From: Caedibacter taeniospiralis
GTDB taxonomy: Bacteria > Pseudomonadota > Gammaproteobacteria > Francisellales > Francisellaceae
Direction of reading: 5' to 3'
DNA length: 26,497 bases
NCBI RefSeq assembly: GCF_002803295.2
Contig: NZ_PGGB02000002.1
Span: forward strand, 37,252-63,748
Made by a program: the position numbers and the translations under genes
Notes under the pieces: model-generated
Told to the model about the DNA's origin: nothing
Database searches by the model: none
The model's input: the letters and a program-made list of their open reading frames with translations, nothing else
Shown here: one piece after another, positions 17,621 through 26,497 of the stretch
Layout: each line of letters opens with the position of its first letter
Position numbering within the stretch: the first letter of the stretch is position 1

Positions 17621-18725
17621 TTAAACCCCGATTGCGCTAAATAATATTGAGAATAAGGCATCTGCGACAATAACAAGGAAAAAGGAAAATTGAGTAAACA
17701 ACGCTTTTTGTCGTCTCTTGACCAATGCTTAAAGAATTATTTTTTACAACCGTGCCTCGATAACAGCCCACGGTGCCGATGATTATGGCAAAAAAAGGAG
17801 CCTTGATTAAGCCTGTGAAATAGTTGTTAAAAGATATAGCTGTAGAAAAGCGTTGCAAAAAATCGAAGAAGCTGATGCCAAGGGAGGCTTTAGCCATGAG
17901 CATGCCCCCAATGCAGCTGATGATATCAGCAACCACAATAAGAAGTGGCAGAGAAATCATCATGCCAATAATGCGTGGTAAAATAAGGCGCTTAATCGGG
18001 CTTATGCCAAATGTTCTAAGCGCATCGATTTCTTGTTGGACTTTCATCGAGCCAAGTTCAGCTGCGTAAGATGATGCGGATCTTCCCGCAACGATAATCG
18101 CCGTAATCAAAGGAGCAAATTCACGTAATAAGGAAATGCCCAACAAGTCGACGACAAAAATATTGGCGCCATAGATTTTAAGCTGGGAGCCGATCTGGTA
18201 ACAAAGCACAATGCCGATGAGAAAGCAAAGAAGTGATACAATAGGAACAGCTTTCGCGCCAGTTTGAATGATGATGTCGAGTAAAAGGCGCCATTTAGTT
18301 GCAAACGGGGTACGAATGACTTGCAGGTAGCTCATGACGGTGGCACCTATAAAGGCAATAAGGTTCTTACTGTCTTTGATGTAATTTGTTGTTTGTTCAC
18401 CAATTTGATAAACCTTCTCGTAAGTATTTAAAGGCTGTAAACGGCTATCATAGGAGGTATAGTTCTTATGAATCAGATCAATAAGGTTTTGTTGTATCTT
18501 TGTTGCCACAATGGTGGTATTTGGAAACAGCTGTTGGATTTTATAGATGAAATAAGCGCCAGAAGTATCAAGTTTTCCAACCTTCTCTACATCAATCTTC
18601 ATGATTTTTTGCTTAATATTTTTGATCTTGGCAAGTATCCTTTGGTCAATGGTTTGCCAACACCACTGCCCTGTTAAGGCTAAGATATTGTCAACAACGT
18701 GAAACTGAGCTTGATGGTTGGGCAT
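17621..18725 (-). CDS. mlaE: MlaE-like permease with N-terminal STAS-like domain; apparent 1-nt frameshift near the 3' end
   Basis: 'GLLCFLIGIVLCYQIG...LLREFAPLITAIIVAGRSASSYAAELGSMKVQQEIDALRTFGISPIKRLILPRIIG' is MlaE core. After SIF the current frame gives 'LFPCYCRRCLILNII', but shifting by one base at the A5 run (17679-17683) gives 'LVIVADALFSILFSAIGV*', ending at 17621. Confidence 0.82.
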
Positions 18726-18926
18726 GGAGACTTTTTCATTTTCATTATTTTTTTCATCCTTGATGACAAAATAGCGAACAACCCCACCGAAGTATAGTGG
18801 GTTACCACCAAATTCTTGGAGGCGGTTATGGCTTTTACACGTAAACATGCGATTAACTTTTGATTAATACCTGCATATAACGCACAATAGCAGCGTTTAA
18901 AATAAAATGAAAAGCTGTCAAAGTCT

Positions 18927-19607
18927 ATGTTGGTAAAAAAGAAAATACAAGAGCAGACTAAGTCTGCTCAGGTCTTATATTCCAGGCGTGAAGAATGGTT
19001 AAATACACTGACCCATTTCGTCGGCGCTATGTTTAGCATTGCTGCGTTGATTATGCTGATCATGAAAGCCGTTGGTACAGGGCTTGTGACGAATGTGGTT
19101 GCGGTAACAGTTTTTGGAGTGACGCTGATATCGATGTATGGCGCCTCAAGTCTTTATCATGGGGTTTCTAACCTGAAAGCGAAAAAAATATTGCGTAAAA
19201 TTGATCACCTGAATATCTACTTTTTAATTGCGGGAACTTATACGCCCATCGCACTTATTGCCCTGTCTGGTGTTTATGGATGGATTATTTTCACGCTGCT
19301 TTGGAGTGCAGCATTAGCAGGATTGGTTTATAAAATCCTGTTTTTTGGTGATGGTTGGTTATCAACGACTTTATACGTCATCATGGGTTGGGTAGCAATT
19401 GGTTTTATTGTTCAGATTATTAATGCTTTACCTGGCGCCTGTTTAATGTGGATTGTTTTGGGTGGTGTCCTGTACACCAGTGGTGTGATTTTTTACATGC
19501 TGGATGAAAAAATCGAGTTTTGCCATTTCTTGTGGCATCTTTTTGTTTTAGCGGGCAGTATGGCTCATTTTTTTGCCATCTATATTTACATTGCAGCTAT
19601 GCGTTAA
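18927..19607 (+). CDS. hemolysin III family protein (PAQR-like membrane protein)
   Basis: 'REEWLNTLTHFVGAMFSI', 'ASSLYHG', 'LRKIDHLNIYFLIAGTYTPI', 'GSMAHFFAIY' are hemolysin III family motifs; several TM helices. Confidence 0.9.
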   Translation: MLVKKKIQEQTKSAQVLYSRREEWLNTLTHFVGAMFSIAALIMLIMKAVGTGLVTNVVAVTVFGVTLISMYGASSLYHGVSNLKAKKILRKIDHLNIYFLIAGTYTPIALIALSGVYGWIIFTLLWSAALAGLVYKILFFGDGWLSTTLYVIMGWVAIGFIVQIINALPGACLMWIVLGGVLYTSGVIFYMLDEKIEFCHFLWHLFVLAGSMAHFFAIYIYIAAMR

Positions 19608-19672
19608 TCTGCCTTGGCGATGAGAGAAAGCGTGTTTTTTAGTATCAAATTAACCTAAATCAATCAACTAAA

Positions 19673-20365
19673 ATGAGCAAAAAAACAGAAAACCATGCGA
19701 TTAGTGCAATGATATTGGCTGCGGGACGTGGACGCAGAATGGGGGATATGACAAATAAGATTCCCAAACCACTCGTAAAAGTGAACGGCAAAGCACTCAT
19801 TGAATGGCAAATAGAGCGGTTGGTGAGTGCGGGGGTAAGTAACCTTGTTATCAATGTTGCCTATCTTGCTGATTTAATTGTCAGTGAAGTCGGCTTTGGT
19901 GAGCGTTGGGGAATTCATATTTGCTATCTGTATGAGCCTTTGGATGAGTATGATACAGGCGGCGGTGTTAAAAGAGCCATTCCCTGGTTGAGTGACCCTT
20001 TTGTTGTTGTGAATGCCGATGTGATGACGGATTATGATTTTTCCCATATTATGCGCTACAGTCAGCAAATGTCGGCGCTTGCACATTTGGTGCTGGTTCC
20101 CAACCCTAAGCACAATTTAGCAGGTGATTTTAGCTTAAATAGTGCGGGTACAATTATCAATAAAGTCAACCAGAGTTATACCTATACAGGGATTAGTGCT
20201 TATAAAAAAGCGCTATTTAACAAGGTATCAACAGGCACAAAAGTATCCCTGCCAGGTATTTGGCAACCTTTTATTGAACAACAGTGTATAACAGGCGAAA
20301 TTTTTCACGCCAACTGGTGTGATGTCGGTACCCCTGAGCGTTGGCAGGCAGTAAATGGGAAATGA
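19673..20365 (+). CDS. murU: nucleotidyltransferase, probable N-acetylmuramate-1-phosphate uridylyltransferase
   Basis: 'AMILAAGRGRRMGDMTNKIPKPLVKVNGKALIEW', 'DEYDTGGGVKRAIPWL...FVVVNADVMTDYDF'; MurU-like length (230 aa). Confidence 0.78.
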   Translation: MSKKTENHAISAMILAAGRGRRMGDMTNKIPKPLVKVNGKALIEWQIERLVSAGVSNLVINVAYLADLIVSEVGFGERWGIHICYLYEPLDEYDTGGGVKRAIPWLSDPFVVVNADVMTDYDFSHIMRYSQQMSALAHLVLVPNPKHNLAGDFSLNSAGTIINKVNQSYTYTGISAYKKALFNKVSTGTKVSLPGIWQPFIEQQCITGEIFHANWCDVGTPERWQAVNGK

Positions 20366-20457
20366 AAAGTAACGATAAAAGAAAATATTCGATGGTTTCA
20401 TTTGGAAGGCTCTTCAGGTAGAATCTCACGCCATGAAGATATCCCCTGAATCTTGCA

Positions 20458-22260
20458 ATGGAAAAGTCATTCTATAATATCCCTGCCACGCGGTTATTGC
20501 CCAGTAGATGGGATCTTTTTTCTTTATTTCTTGTGCTGTCTATAGTTTTTGTGGTGGCCTGGGTTTGCAGTTCTTTGGGTGGGGTAGTTGATTACCGAAG
20601 TTCACAAAGTGTTGCACAGTATCAGCATATTTCCATGGACTTATGGAATTTGCCTGGATATGCAGCCAATACGACGGTGCGAATGTTTATGGCACTTTTA
20701 TGTTCGTTTATTTTTAGCTTTGCCATTGGCGCCTGGGCTGCCAAAAGCAGACGGGCTGAGAGCATCATTATCCCAATCATTGATATTTTGCAGTCGATTC
20801 CCATTCTGGGTTTTCTGGCAATTACAGTTACGGGTTTTTTAGCTATTTTTCCCTACTCATTGTGGGGTGCGCAATTAGCCGTTACTTTTGGACTCTTCAC
20901 GGCACAAGCATGGAATATGATGTTGAGTTTTTATCAATCACTGAAAACGATTCCTAAAGAATTGCGCGAAGCTGCCGATATGTATCAGCTATCTGGTTGG
21001 CAGCGTTTTTGGAAACTGGAGGTCCCTTTTTCAATGCCAGGACTCATCTGGAATACGATGATGTCAATGTCCGCAAGTTGGTTTATGGTCGTGGCTTCTG
21101 AAAGCATTGTCGTGAATTTTTCAGCAAGTACATCAGGCGCAATCAACTTGCCAGGAATAGGCACGTTTATTGACCAGGCTAATAATGATAGGAACTTCAC
21201 TGCCGTGATTGCAGCGATTATCGTCATGTTATTGGTTATCGTTCTTTATGATCAGTTGATTTTCAGACCGATTGTTAAATGGTCAGAGAAGTTCGTGGTC
21301 AGTGAAATGCAGCAGGAGACAGGATCAAACTCATGGTTTTTAAAACTCCTGCAACGCTCAACGATCTTGCAAAGCTTTAGTTATTTTATGACGTTGCAAG
21401 CCAATCGACTCGTCAATATCTCCTGGTTTAAAAAGGATCTTGATAAAAGTTATAATCAGGCTGTGCATCAAAAAATTGGCAAGGGAGACTCACGTTTGCA
21501 GGCAGCGATTTGGCAGTTGTGCGTTGTGATGAGCATTGCTTTGTTTTTGTATTTGGCATGGCGATTTATTTACGTCAATACACAGGAACCCATTACCTTT
21601 CAGGAAACAGCTAAAGTATTTGGTTATGGTGTATTAACTGCACTGCGTGTATTTGTGATCATCGTCATTGCTTCAATGATTTGGGTTCCTGTGGGTATCT
21701 GGATTGGCCTTCGCCCTGCCGTGGCTGAAAGAGTCCAGCCATACGCGCAGATTTTTGCCGCTTTTCCTGTCAACGTACTTTACGGATTGCTTGGAACAGT
21801 TGTGATTGCCTTTAATCTAAATTTTAATATCTGGTGTATCGTGCTCATGGCATTGGGAACTCAGTGGTATATCGTATTTAATGTAATCGCTGGCGCTTCA
21901 GCAATTCCGCATGAGTTGAAGATGGCAGCTAAGAACATGCAACTAAAAGGCATGGTCAAATGGTTTAAGTTTTTATTTCCAGCGGTTATGCCATTTTATG
22001 TTACAGGAGCCATAACCGCAGCAGGCGGAGCCTGGAACGCAAGCATTGTCTGTGAATATATTAACTGGGGTAAAGACTCCGTGATTATGGCTTCTGGCAT
22101 TGGAGCATATATTTCACAGCAATATAATGCGCCAGGTGATCACACTGCCAATATCGCGCTTGGTGTGGCGGTGATGTGTATTCTGGTGGTACTGACTAAT
22201 AAGCTATTTTGGCGGAGATTGTATAACTACGCTGAAAAGCGTTTTAGCATGAATATGTAA
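20458..22260 (+). CDS. ABC transporter permease, nitrate/sulfonate/bicarbonate type, two fused BPD_transp_1 domains
   Basis: Two membrane halves each with an EAA-like loop ('ELREAADMYQLSGWQRFWKLEVPFSMPGLIW' and 'ELKMAAKNMQLKGMVKWFKFLFPAVMPFYVTG'). Confidence 0.87.
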   Translation: MEKSFYNIPATRLLPSRWDLFSLFLVLSIVFVVAWVCSSLGGVVDYRSSQSVAQYQHISMDLWNLPGYAANTTVRMFMALLCSFIFSFAIGAWAAKSRRAESIIIPIIDILQSIPILGFLAITVTGFLAIFPYSLWGAQLAVTFGLFTAQAWNMMLSFYQSLKTIPKELREAADMYQLSGWQRFWKLEVPFSMPGLIWNTMMSMSASWFMVVASESIVVNFSASTSGAINLPGIGTFIDQANNDRNFTAVIAAIIVMLLVIVLYDQLIFRPIVKWSEKFVVSEMQQETGSNSWFLKLLQRSTILQSFSYFMTLQANRLVNISWFKKDLDKSYNQAVHQKIGKGDSRLQAAIWQLCVVMSIALFLYLAWRFIYVNTQEPITFQETAKVFGYGVLTALRVFVIIVIASMIWVPVGIWIGLRPAVAERVQPYAQIFAAFPVNVLYGLLGTVVIAFNLNFNIWCIVLMALGTQWYIVFNVIAGASAIPHELKMAAKNMQLKGMVKWFKFLFPAVMPFYVTGAITAAGGAWNASIVCEYINWGKDSVIMASGIGAYISQQYNAPGDHTANIALGVAVMCILVVLTNKLFWRRLYNYAEKRFSMNM

Positions 22261-22293
22261 CTGAGTTTACATACTTGAAGGTGAAAAAATAAT

Positions 22294-23628
22294 ATGGCAA
22301 TTGAAATAATCCATGGCACAAAGCAAATGGCAGCAAAAACAATTTTAAATGTTAATAAAGTTTCCAAAGCATTTAAAAAATCGGATAGGCAGGACCTGAT
22401 TGTTTTGGATCACGTTGATTTTACGATGAAAGAAGGGGAAATTGTTGCCCTTCTGGGTAAATCAGGTTCGGGCAAGTCAACCCTGCTTAGAATCATTGCA
22501 GGACTGACGGCACCTACTACTGGTGAGGTTATTTATCGCGAAAAGAAGGTTTCAGGCCCAGTGCCTGACATCTCGATGGTTTTTCAAAGTTTCGCTTTGA
22601 TGCCATGGTTGACCGTTTTACAGAATGTAGAGCTTGGGCTTGAGGCGAGAAACATAAGGGCTCAAGAACGTAAGGAAAAAGCGTTAAAGGCAATTGATAT
22701 GATTGGCTTGGATGGTTTTGAAAATGCTTATCCAAAGGAGCTTTCAGGAGGCATGCGTCAACGGGTTGGTTTTGCTCGCGCGTTAGTGCTACAGCCTGAT
22801 TTATTGCTGATGGATGAGCCTTTCTCAGCGCTTGATGTCTTGACAGCCGAAAACTTACGCGAAGATTTGCTTAAGTTATGGGAAAAAAACGATGCGATGA
22901 AAGGCATTTTATATGTTACCCATAATATTGAAGAAGCGGTTTTAACGGCAGATAGAATTATCATTTTTGGCAGTAACCCTGGATTTATTCGTGGTGAGCT
23001 AAAAGTTGATTTAGCCCATCCTAGAAACTCAAATGATGAAGCGGTTGAAGATTTAATCGATGAAGTTTATCGCATGATGACGACAGCTGAAACACGAGAG
23101 TTAAGCGAGCGGATGAATAAGCGTAAAGCGCTTAATATTGGCTACCGTTTGCCAGATGCTGAAGTATCAGAGCTAACGGGTTTATTAACAGAAATGGACG
23201 ATCTTCAGGCAAAAGGTTCGATTGACCTGCCTGATTTGGCGGATCATGTACGCTTGGATATTGATGATTTATTTCCGATTATTGAAACATTATCCGTGCT
23301 TCATCTGGCAAGTGTTTTAGATGGTGATATTTTGATGACGGCTTTAGGTAAACAGTTTATGAATGCCGATATCGAAGAACGTAAGATTATTTTCTCCAAA
23401 CTACTGGTGCAACATATCCCACTGGCTCGTCACGTGGTGAAAGTACTGAAGGAGCGACCAAATAAAAAAGCGCCTGAATCACGCTTCTTATCTGAGTTGG
23501 AGGATCACCTAAGCGATGATGAGGCTCAGCGCGTGTTCAGTACTTTTATTGGCTGGGCGCGTTATGCCGAAATTATTGAATACGATGCAGCAACAGGGAT
23601 TTTAAGTTTAGATGAAACGAATACTTAG
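22294..23628 (+). CDS. ABC transporter ATP-binding protein with C-terminal AAA-associated domain
   Basis: Walker A 'GKSGSGKST', signature 'LSGGMRQRVGFARAL', Walker B 'LLLMDEPFSALD'; extra ~180 aa C-terminal domain; adjacent to the permease. Confidence 0.88.
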   Translation: MAIEIIHGTKQMAAKTILNVNKVSKAFKKSDRQDLIVLDHVDFTMKEGEIVALLGKSGSGKSTLLRIIAGLTAPTTGEVIYREKKVSGPVPDISMVFQSFALMPWLTVLQNVELGLEARNIRAQERKEKALKAIDMIGLDGFENAYPKELSGGMRQRVGFARALVLQPDLLLMDEPFSALDVLTAENLREDLLKLWEKNDAMKGILYVTHNIEEAVLTADRIIIFGSNPGFIRGELKVDLAHPRNSNDEAVEDLIDEVYRMMTTAETRELSERMNKRKALNIGYRLPDAEVSELTGLLTEMDDLQAKGSIDLPDLADHVRLDIDDLFPIIETLSVLHLASVLDGDILMTALGKQFMNADIEERKIIFSKLLVQHIPLARHVVKVLKERPNKKAPESRFLSELEDHLSDDEAQRVFSTFIGWARYAEIIEYDAATGILSLDETNT

Positions 23629-23684
23629 TGTTTTCAGTGAGTAATGTGGAAAACCTGGGTTTGCCAGAATTTTTGTCCATTTTT

Positions 23685-23746
23685 ACCTGACCACTACCCC
23701 CATTCTTGAGACTGGTCGCTATATTGTAAGGGTTAGTGGTTCAGGT
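23685..23746. repeat. imperfect inverted repeat in the convergent intergenic region (possible bidirectional terminator or small element)
   Basis: acctgaccactaccc (23685-23699) pairs with gggttagtggttcaggt (23730-23746) apart from two bulged bases; lies between convergent genes. Confidence 0.5.
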
Positions 23747-23817
23747 TTATTTGAATAAACGTAGGGGTGTATTGAATACGCCCTTGGGGGCAAAATATGG
23801 TCAACACCGAAAGTCTG

Positions 23818-25137
23818 CTAAAGAACCTTTAATGAATTAAGCATAATCAAAAAGCAGCATAGTGTGATAATCACAGGCATTGGTTTTAATTGGGTTCTAT
23901 CCTTGATAAGAACAATGATAAACCAGCTGATCATACCCCAAACAATGCCCTCAGATATCGAAAGTGTCAGCGGCATTAAGATAATGGTCATAAAAGCAGG
24001 AACCACTTGTGAGAGATCATCCCAGTGAATTTGTTTGACCGAGCATAGCATAAAACTACCAACAATAACGAGGGCAGGTGCCACTACAAACATAGGTACC
24101 ATCATTACCAGAGGTGCTAAAAATAAAAAAGGTAAAAATAGTAAACCTGCGACAACTGCAACGAGCCCCGTGCGTCCACCAACGGAGATCCCCGTAATTG
24201 ATTCCACGTATACCGAGGTTGGCGAGCTGCCTAAAAGACCTGATGATGCTGATGCGAAAGAGTCGACAATTAATGACTTCTTAATACGAATTGGCTGACC
24301 ATCTTTATCAAACCAGTTTGAGGCTTGTGCCAGGCCAATCAGCGTGCCTGTGCTGTCAAAAATGTTAATAAATAGAAAGGTAAATATGGCTGGAATAATC
24401 GCAATTTTAAAGCTTCCCAACCAATCTATTGAGAAGAAAAGCGAAAAATCGGGTGGTGAGAATATATGTGTTGGCGTGTGCATGATAATTTCATCTCCAA
24501 ATAAGCGACCCACTGGAAAAGAAAGTACACAGCCTACAATAATCATCAGTAAAATAGCGGCTTTAAAGCGAAAGGCAAGGAAGATGATCAGGGCAAAAAA
24601 ACAGATCAAAAATATCAAGGTTTCTGCGGTCAAAGGTGCAATTTCCAAGAGCCCTGAAGGCGCTTGATGAATGAAACCTGCATTATAAAAACCAACCAAA
24701 GCAATGAAAATTCCGATACCTGCACCGAGTCCATGCTTAATGCCATCAGGAATTCCCGCAAGAATTTTAGTACGAATGTTAAAAAGGGCCAAAAGTGCAA
24801 AAATAATCCCTGACCAGAATGCCGCACCCAGTGCCACCTCCCATGGAATTCCCCAGGCTTTGACGATGGTATAAGTAAAAAATACATTCATCCCCATAGC
24901 AGGGGCAAGTGCGTAGGGGTTTCTGGCATAAAGACCCATGGCAATGGAAGCAAAGGCTGAAATGATCACAGTACTTGTTACCAGTGCGTTTTCAGGCATC
25001 CCTGCTTGAGAAAGGATTTTGGCGTTCACCACGATGATATAGAGCATTGCAAGAAAGGTAGTGATGCCTGCAATAAGCTCGGTGCGTAGGGTGGTGTTAT
25101 ATTTTGCAAATTCAAAATAATGAGATAAAAAATTCAT
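23818..25137 (-). CDS. NCS2/AzgA-type nucleobase (hypoxanthine/guanine) permease
   Basis: 'ITTFLAMLYIIVVNAKILSQAGMP', 'NPYALAPAMGMNVFFTYTIV', 'FDSTGTLIGLA', 'SSPTSVYVESITGISVGGRTGLVAVVAG' are characteristic AzgA-like motifs. Confidence 0.92.
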   Translation of the reverse strand: MNFLSHYFEFAKYNTTLRTELIAGITTFLAMLYIIVVNAKILSQAGMPENALVTSTVIISAFASIAMGLYARNPYALAPAMGMNVFFTYTIVKAWGIPWEVALGAAFWSGIIFALLALFNIRTKILAGIPDGIKHGLGAGIGIFIALVGFYNAGFIHQAPSGLLEIAPLTAETLIFLICFFALIIFLAFRFKAAILLMIIVGCVLSFPVGRLFGDEIIMHTPTHIFSPPDFSLFFSIDWLGSFKIAIIPAIFTFLFINIFDSTGTLIGLAQASNWFDKDGQPIRIKKSLIVDSFASASSGLLGSSPTSVYVESITGISVGGRTGLVAVVAGLLFLPFLFLAPLVMMVPMFVVAPALVIVGSFMLCSVKQIHWDDLSQVVPAFMTIILMPLTLSISEGIVWGMISWFIIVLIKDRTQLKPMPVIITLCCFLIMLNSLKVL

Positions 25138-25282
25138 GGTCGATGAGTAAGTCAGCTAGTCTTCAAGCGCGCTATTGTAACATGAAATATAAAACATACC
25201 ACGATCAGATTGCATGCTTAGGGAATGAGATTTTTAAAATTTACCTTAGGGTGCAAGATTACGCATTCCCACGCGGGAGCAT

Positions 25283-25468
25283 GGTAAAGAAGATGGCAGT
25301 GAGAATTTAGAAAAACTGGCAAGCAGGGCTTTAGATCAGATTCGTCAAAAAAACTATATTGCTGAATTAAAAGCTCAACCACAGGCAAAACGAATCCTTA
25401 TGTTGGGGCTGGCTTTTAATCATAAGCGCGTTGTTGTCAAACATCATTGGCAAACAAAGAATAAATAG
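25283..25468 (+). pseudogene. C-terminal remnant of an AAA-ATPase-like/PD-(D/E)XK nuclease-type protein
   Basis: Frame starting at 25283 reads 'HGKEDGSENLEKLASRALDQIRQKNYIAELKAQPQAKRILMLGLAFNHKRVVVKHHWQTKNK*', resembling the C-terminal end of this nuclease family; no upstream ORF carries the rest. Confidence 0.5.
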
Positions 25469-25498
25469 GAACTGAACTTTATATTCATAGGCTGATTT

Positions 25499-26341
25499 TT
25501 AACCAAAAGATTGAGTTGCAATCATTTCACCCATTTTGGTGCTGCCCAACATGGCATTACACCAATGAACTTTGTGATCAGGAAATAATGTGATAATCGT
25601 TGAGCCAAAGTTAAACAAACCGATTTCATCCCCCTTGTTAAAGTGTAAATTTTGATCTTTGTAATCAAAGTGAGTCACTTTGTTATAGTAGTTTGGCGCA
25701 ACAAGCTTATGCCAAGCCGTTTCAATACCAGCAACCAGCATCGCACCGACAAAAATTACGGCGATTTCGCCAATCACGGTATCAAAATAGCAGATAAGGC
25801 GCTCATTTTTAGCAAAGACATCATCGATATTTTCTGCGGTGAGCTCACTCACAGAGAACAGTTTCCCTGGGATATAAATCATGCGTGTCAGCTGCCCATC
25901 CAGAGGCATATGCACGCGATGATAATCCGAAGGGGATAAGTAAATCACGGCAAAATCGGTATAGTCCGCCGTATGAGTATTTGCAGTTAATGCCTTTAAA
26001 GAAAAGGTTTTGCCTTTTGCCTGAATAAGTCTGCCATGTGTTATTTCTCCAGCCTGAGTTATCTTACCATCGGCAGGTGAAACAATGCTGTGATCATTTT
26101 GATCAATCGGGCGTGCTTGCGGTTTTAATCTTCGTGTGAAGAAAGCATTAAAGCTTGTGTAGGCTTTAGGATCCTCAATCAAAGCATCGCTTAGGTCAAT
26201 CTTAAAACGTTTGATTGCCAGTGAGATTAATTTGTTTTTGATCGCAGGGTTTTCGCAGTTGGCAAGTCTGCCTGCCAGGCGTGATAAAAAGGCCTGTGGT
26301 AAGATTTTCTGAGTGGTTAAGAATAAAGTATCTTTAAACAT
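25499..26341 (-). CDS. psd: phosphatidylserine decarboxylase proenzyme
   Basis: 'FNAFFTRRLKPQARPID', 'IVSPADGKI', 'SPSDYHRVHMPLDG', 'FVGAMLVAGIET' and the pyruvoyl-generating 'FNFGSTIITLF' near the C-terminus. Confidence 0.95.
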   Translation of the reverse strand: MFKDTLFLTTQKILPQAFLSRLAGRLANCENPAIKNKLISLAIKRFKIDLSDALIEDPKAYTSFNAFFTRRLKPQARPIDQNDHSIVSPADGKITQAGEITHGRLIQAKGKTFSLKALTANTHTADYTDFAVIYLSPSDYHRVHMPLDGQLTRMIYIPGKLFSVSELTAENIDDVFAKNERLICYFDTVIGEIAVIFVGAMLVAGIETAWHKLVAPNYYNKVTHFDYKDQNLHFNKGDEIGLFNFGSTIITLFPDHKVHWCNAMLGSTKMGEMIATQSFG

Positions 26342-26430
26342 GCGTGATTTCGCGATATATTTTGGCGGGCATTGTAAATTATTTTACTTCTGCCAGCCAC
26401 TGATTTATTGTGAGCGAGTTTTGGCTATGA

Positions 26431-26477
26431 CCATCTTCCTGCCCACTTGCATTAAATTCCCCTCTTTCCAAGAGGGG
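26431..26477 (+). repeat. dispersed intergenic repeat, copy 2 (hairpin-containing)
   Basis: ccatcttcctgcccacttgcattaaattcccctctttccaagagggg; contains hairpin cccctctt/aagagggg; matches the reverse strand of 7808-7851. Confidence 0.6.
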
Positions 26478-26497
26478 TGGACACTTGCCTGACCACT

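Noticed and set aside
16816-17676. Extended MlaF start at 17676 (MLLSQMPYSQYYLAQSGFN...)
   Set aside because: This extension is the shifted reading of the mlaE 3' end; the ATG at 17619 follows the restored mlaE stop and gives a normal MlaF N-terminus.
25104-25310. 68-aa plus-strand ORF ending in 'DYAFPRGSMVKKMAVRI'
   Set aside because: Spans the divergent upstream region of the permease and an intergenic repeat-like sequence; no credible homology or coding signature.
1-26497. CRISPR array, toxin-antitoxin pair, transposase, integrase or phage genes
   Set aside because: No regularly spaced direct repeats and no motifs of these families were seen on either strand; only nuclease-like remnants were found.

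Overview
This 26.5 kb window looks like an ordinary gammaproteobacterial-type chromosome segment (inference from gene content, no database search) with an unusual secreted/surface-protein region. The minus-strand block from about 1.8 to 13.9 kb holds: a small secreted or membrane protein whose start overlaps a subtilisin-like (S8) protease stop by ATGA; an uncharacterised signal-peptide protein; a lipoprotein with two tandem Lcl/DUF1566-like domains; a decayed Rpn/PD-(D/E)XK-type ORF; and a giant lipoprotein with 7 C-terminal RCC1-like repeats. The ORF track shows the giant as three ORFs, but they lie in one continuous frame (7969..13884) broken by two TAG codons. Both lipoproteins carry a duplicated ~170 bp upstream leader and a related N-terminus. 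The rest is housekeeping: two LysR-type regulators, an Mla/MCE phospholipid-transport operon (mlaE carries an apparent 1-nt frameshift near its 3' end and an N-terminal STAS-like extension), a hemolysin III family protein, a MurU-like nucleotidyltransferase, an ABC permease/ATPase pair of the nitrate/sulfonate type, an NCS2/AzgA-type purine permease, and phosphatidylserine decarboxylase. I found no CRISPR array, no tRNA or rRNA, and no recognisable defence system. The strongest oddities are the amber-interrupted giant lipoprotein, the duplicated leader cassette, and the protease-linked secreted operon.
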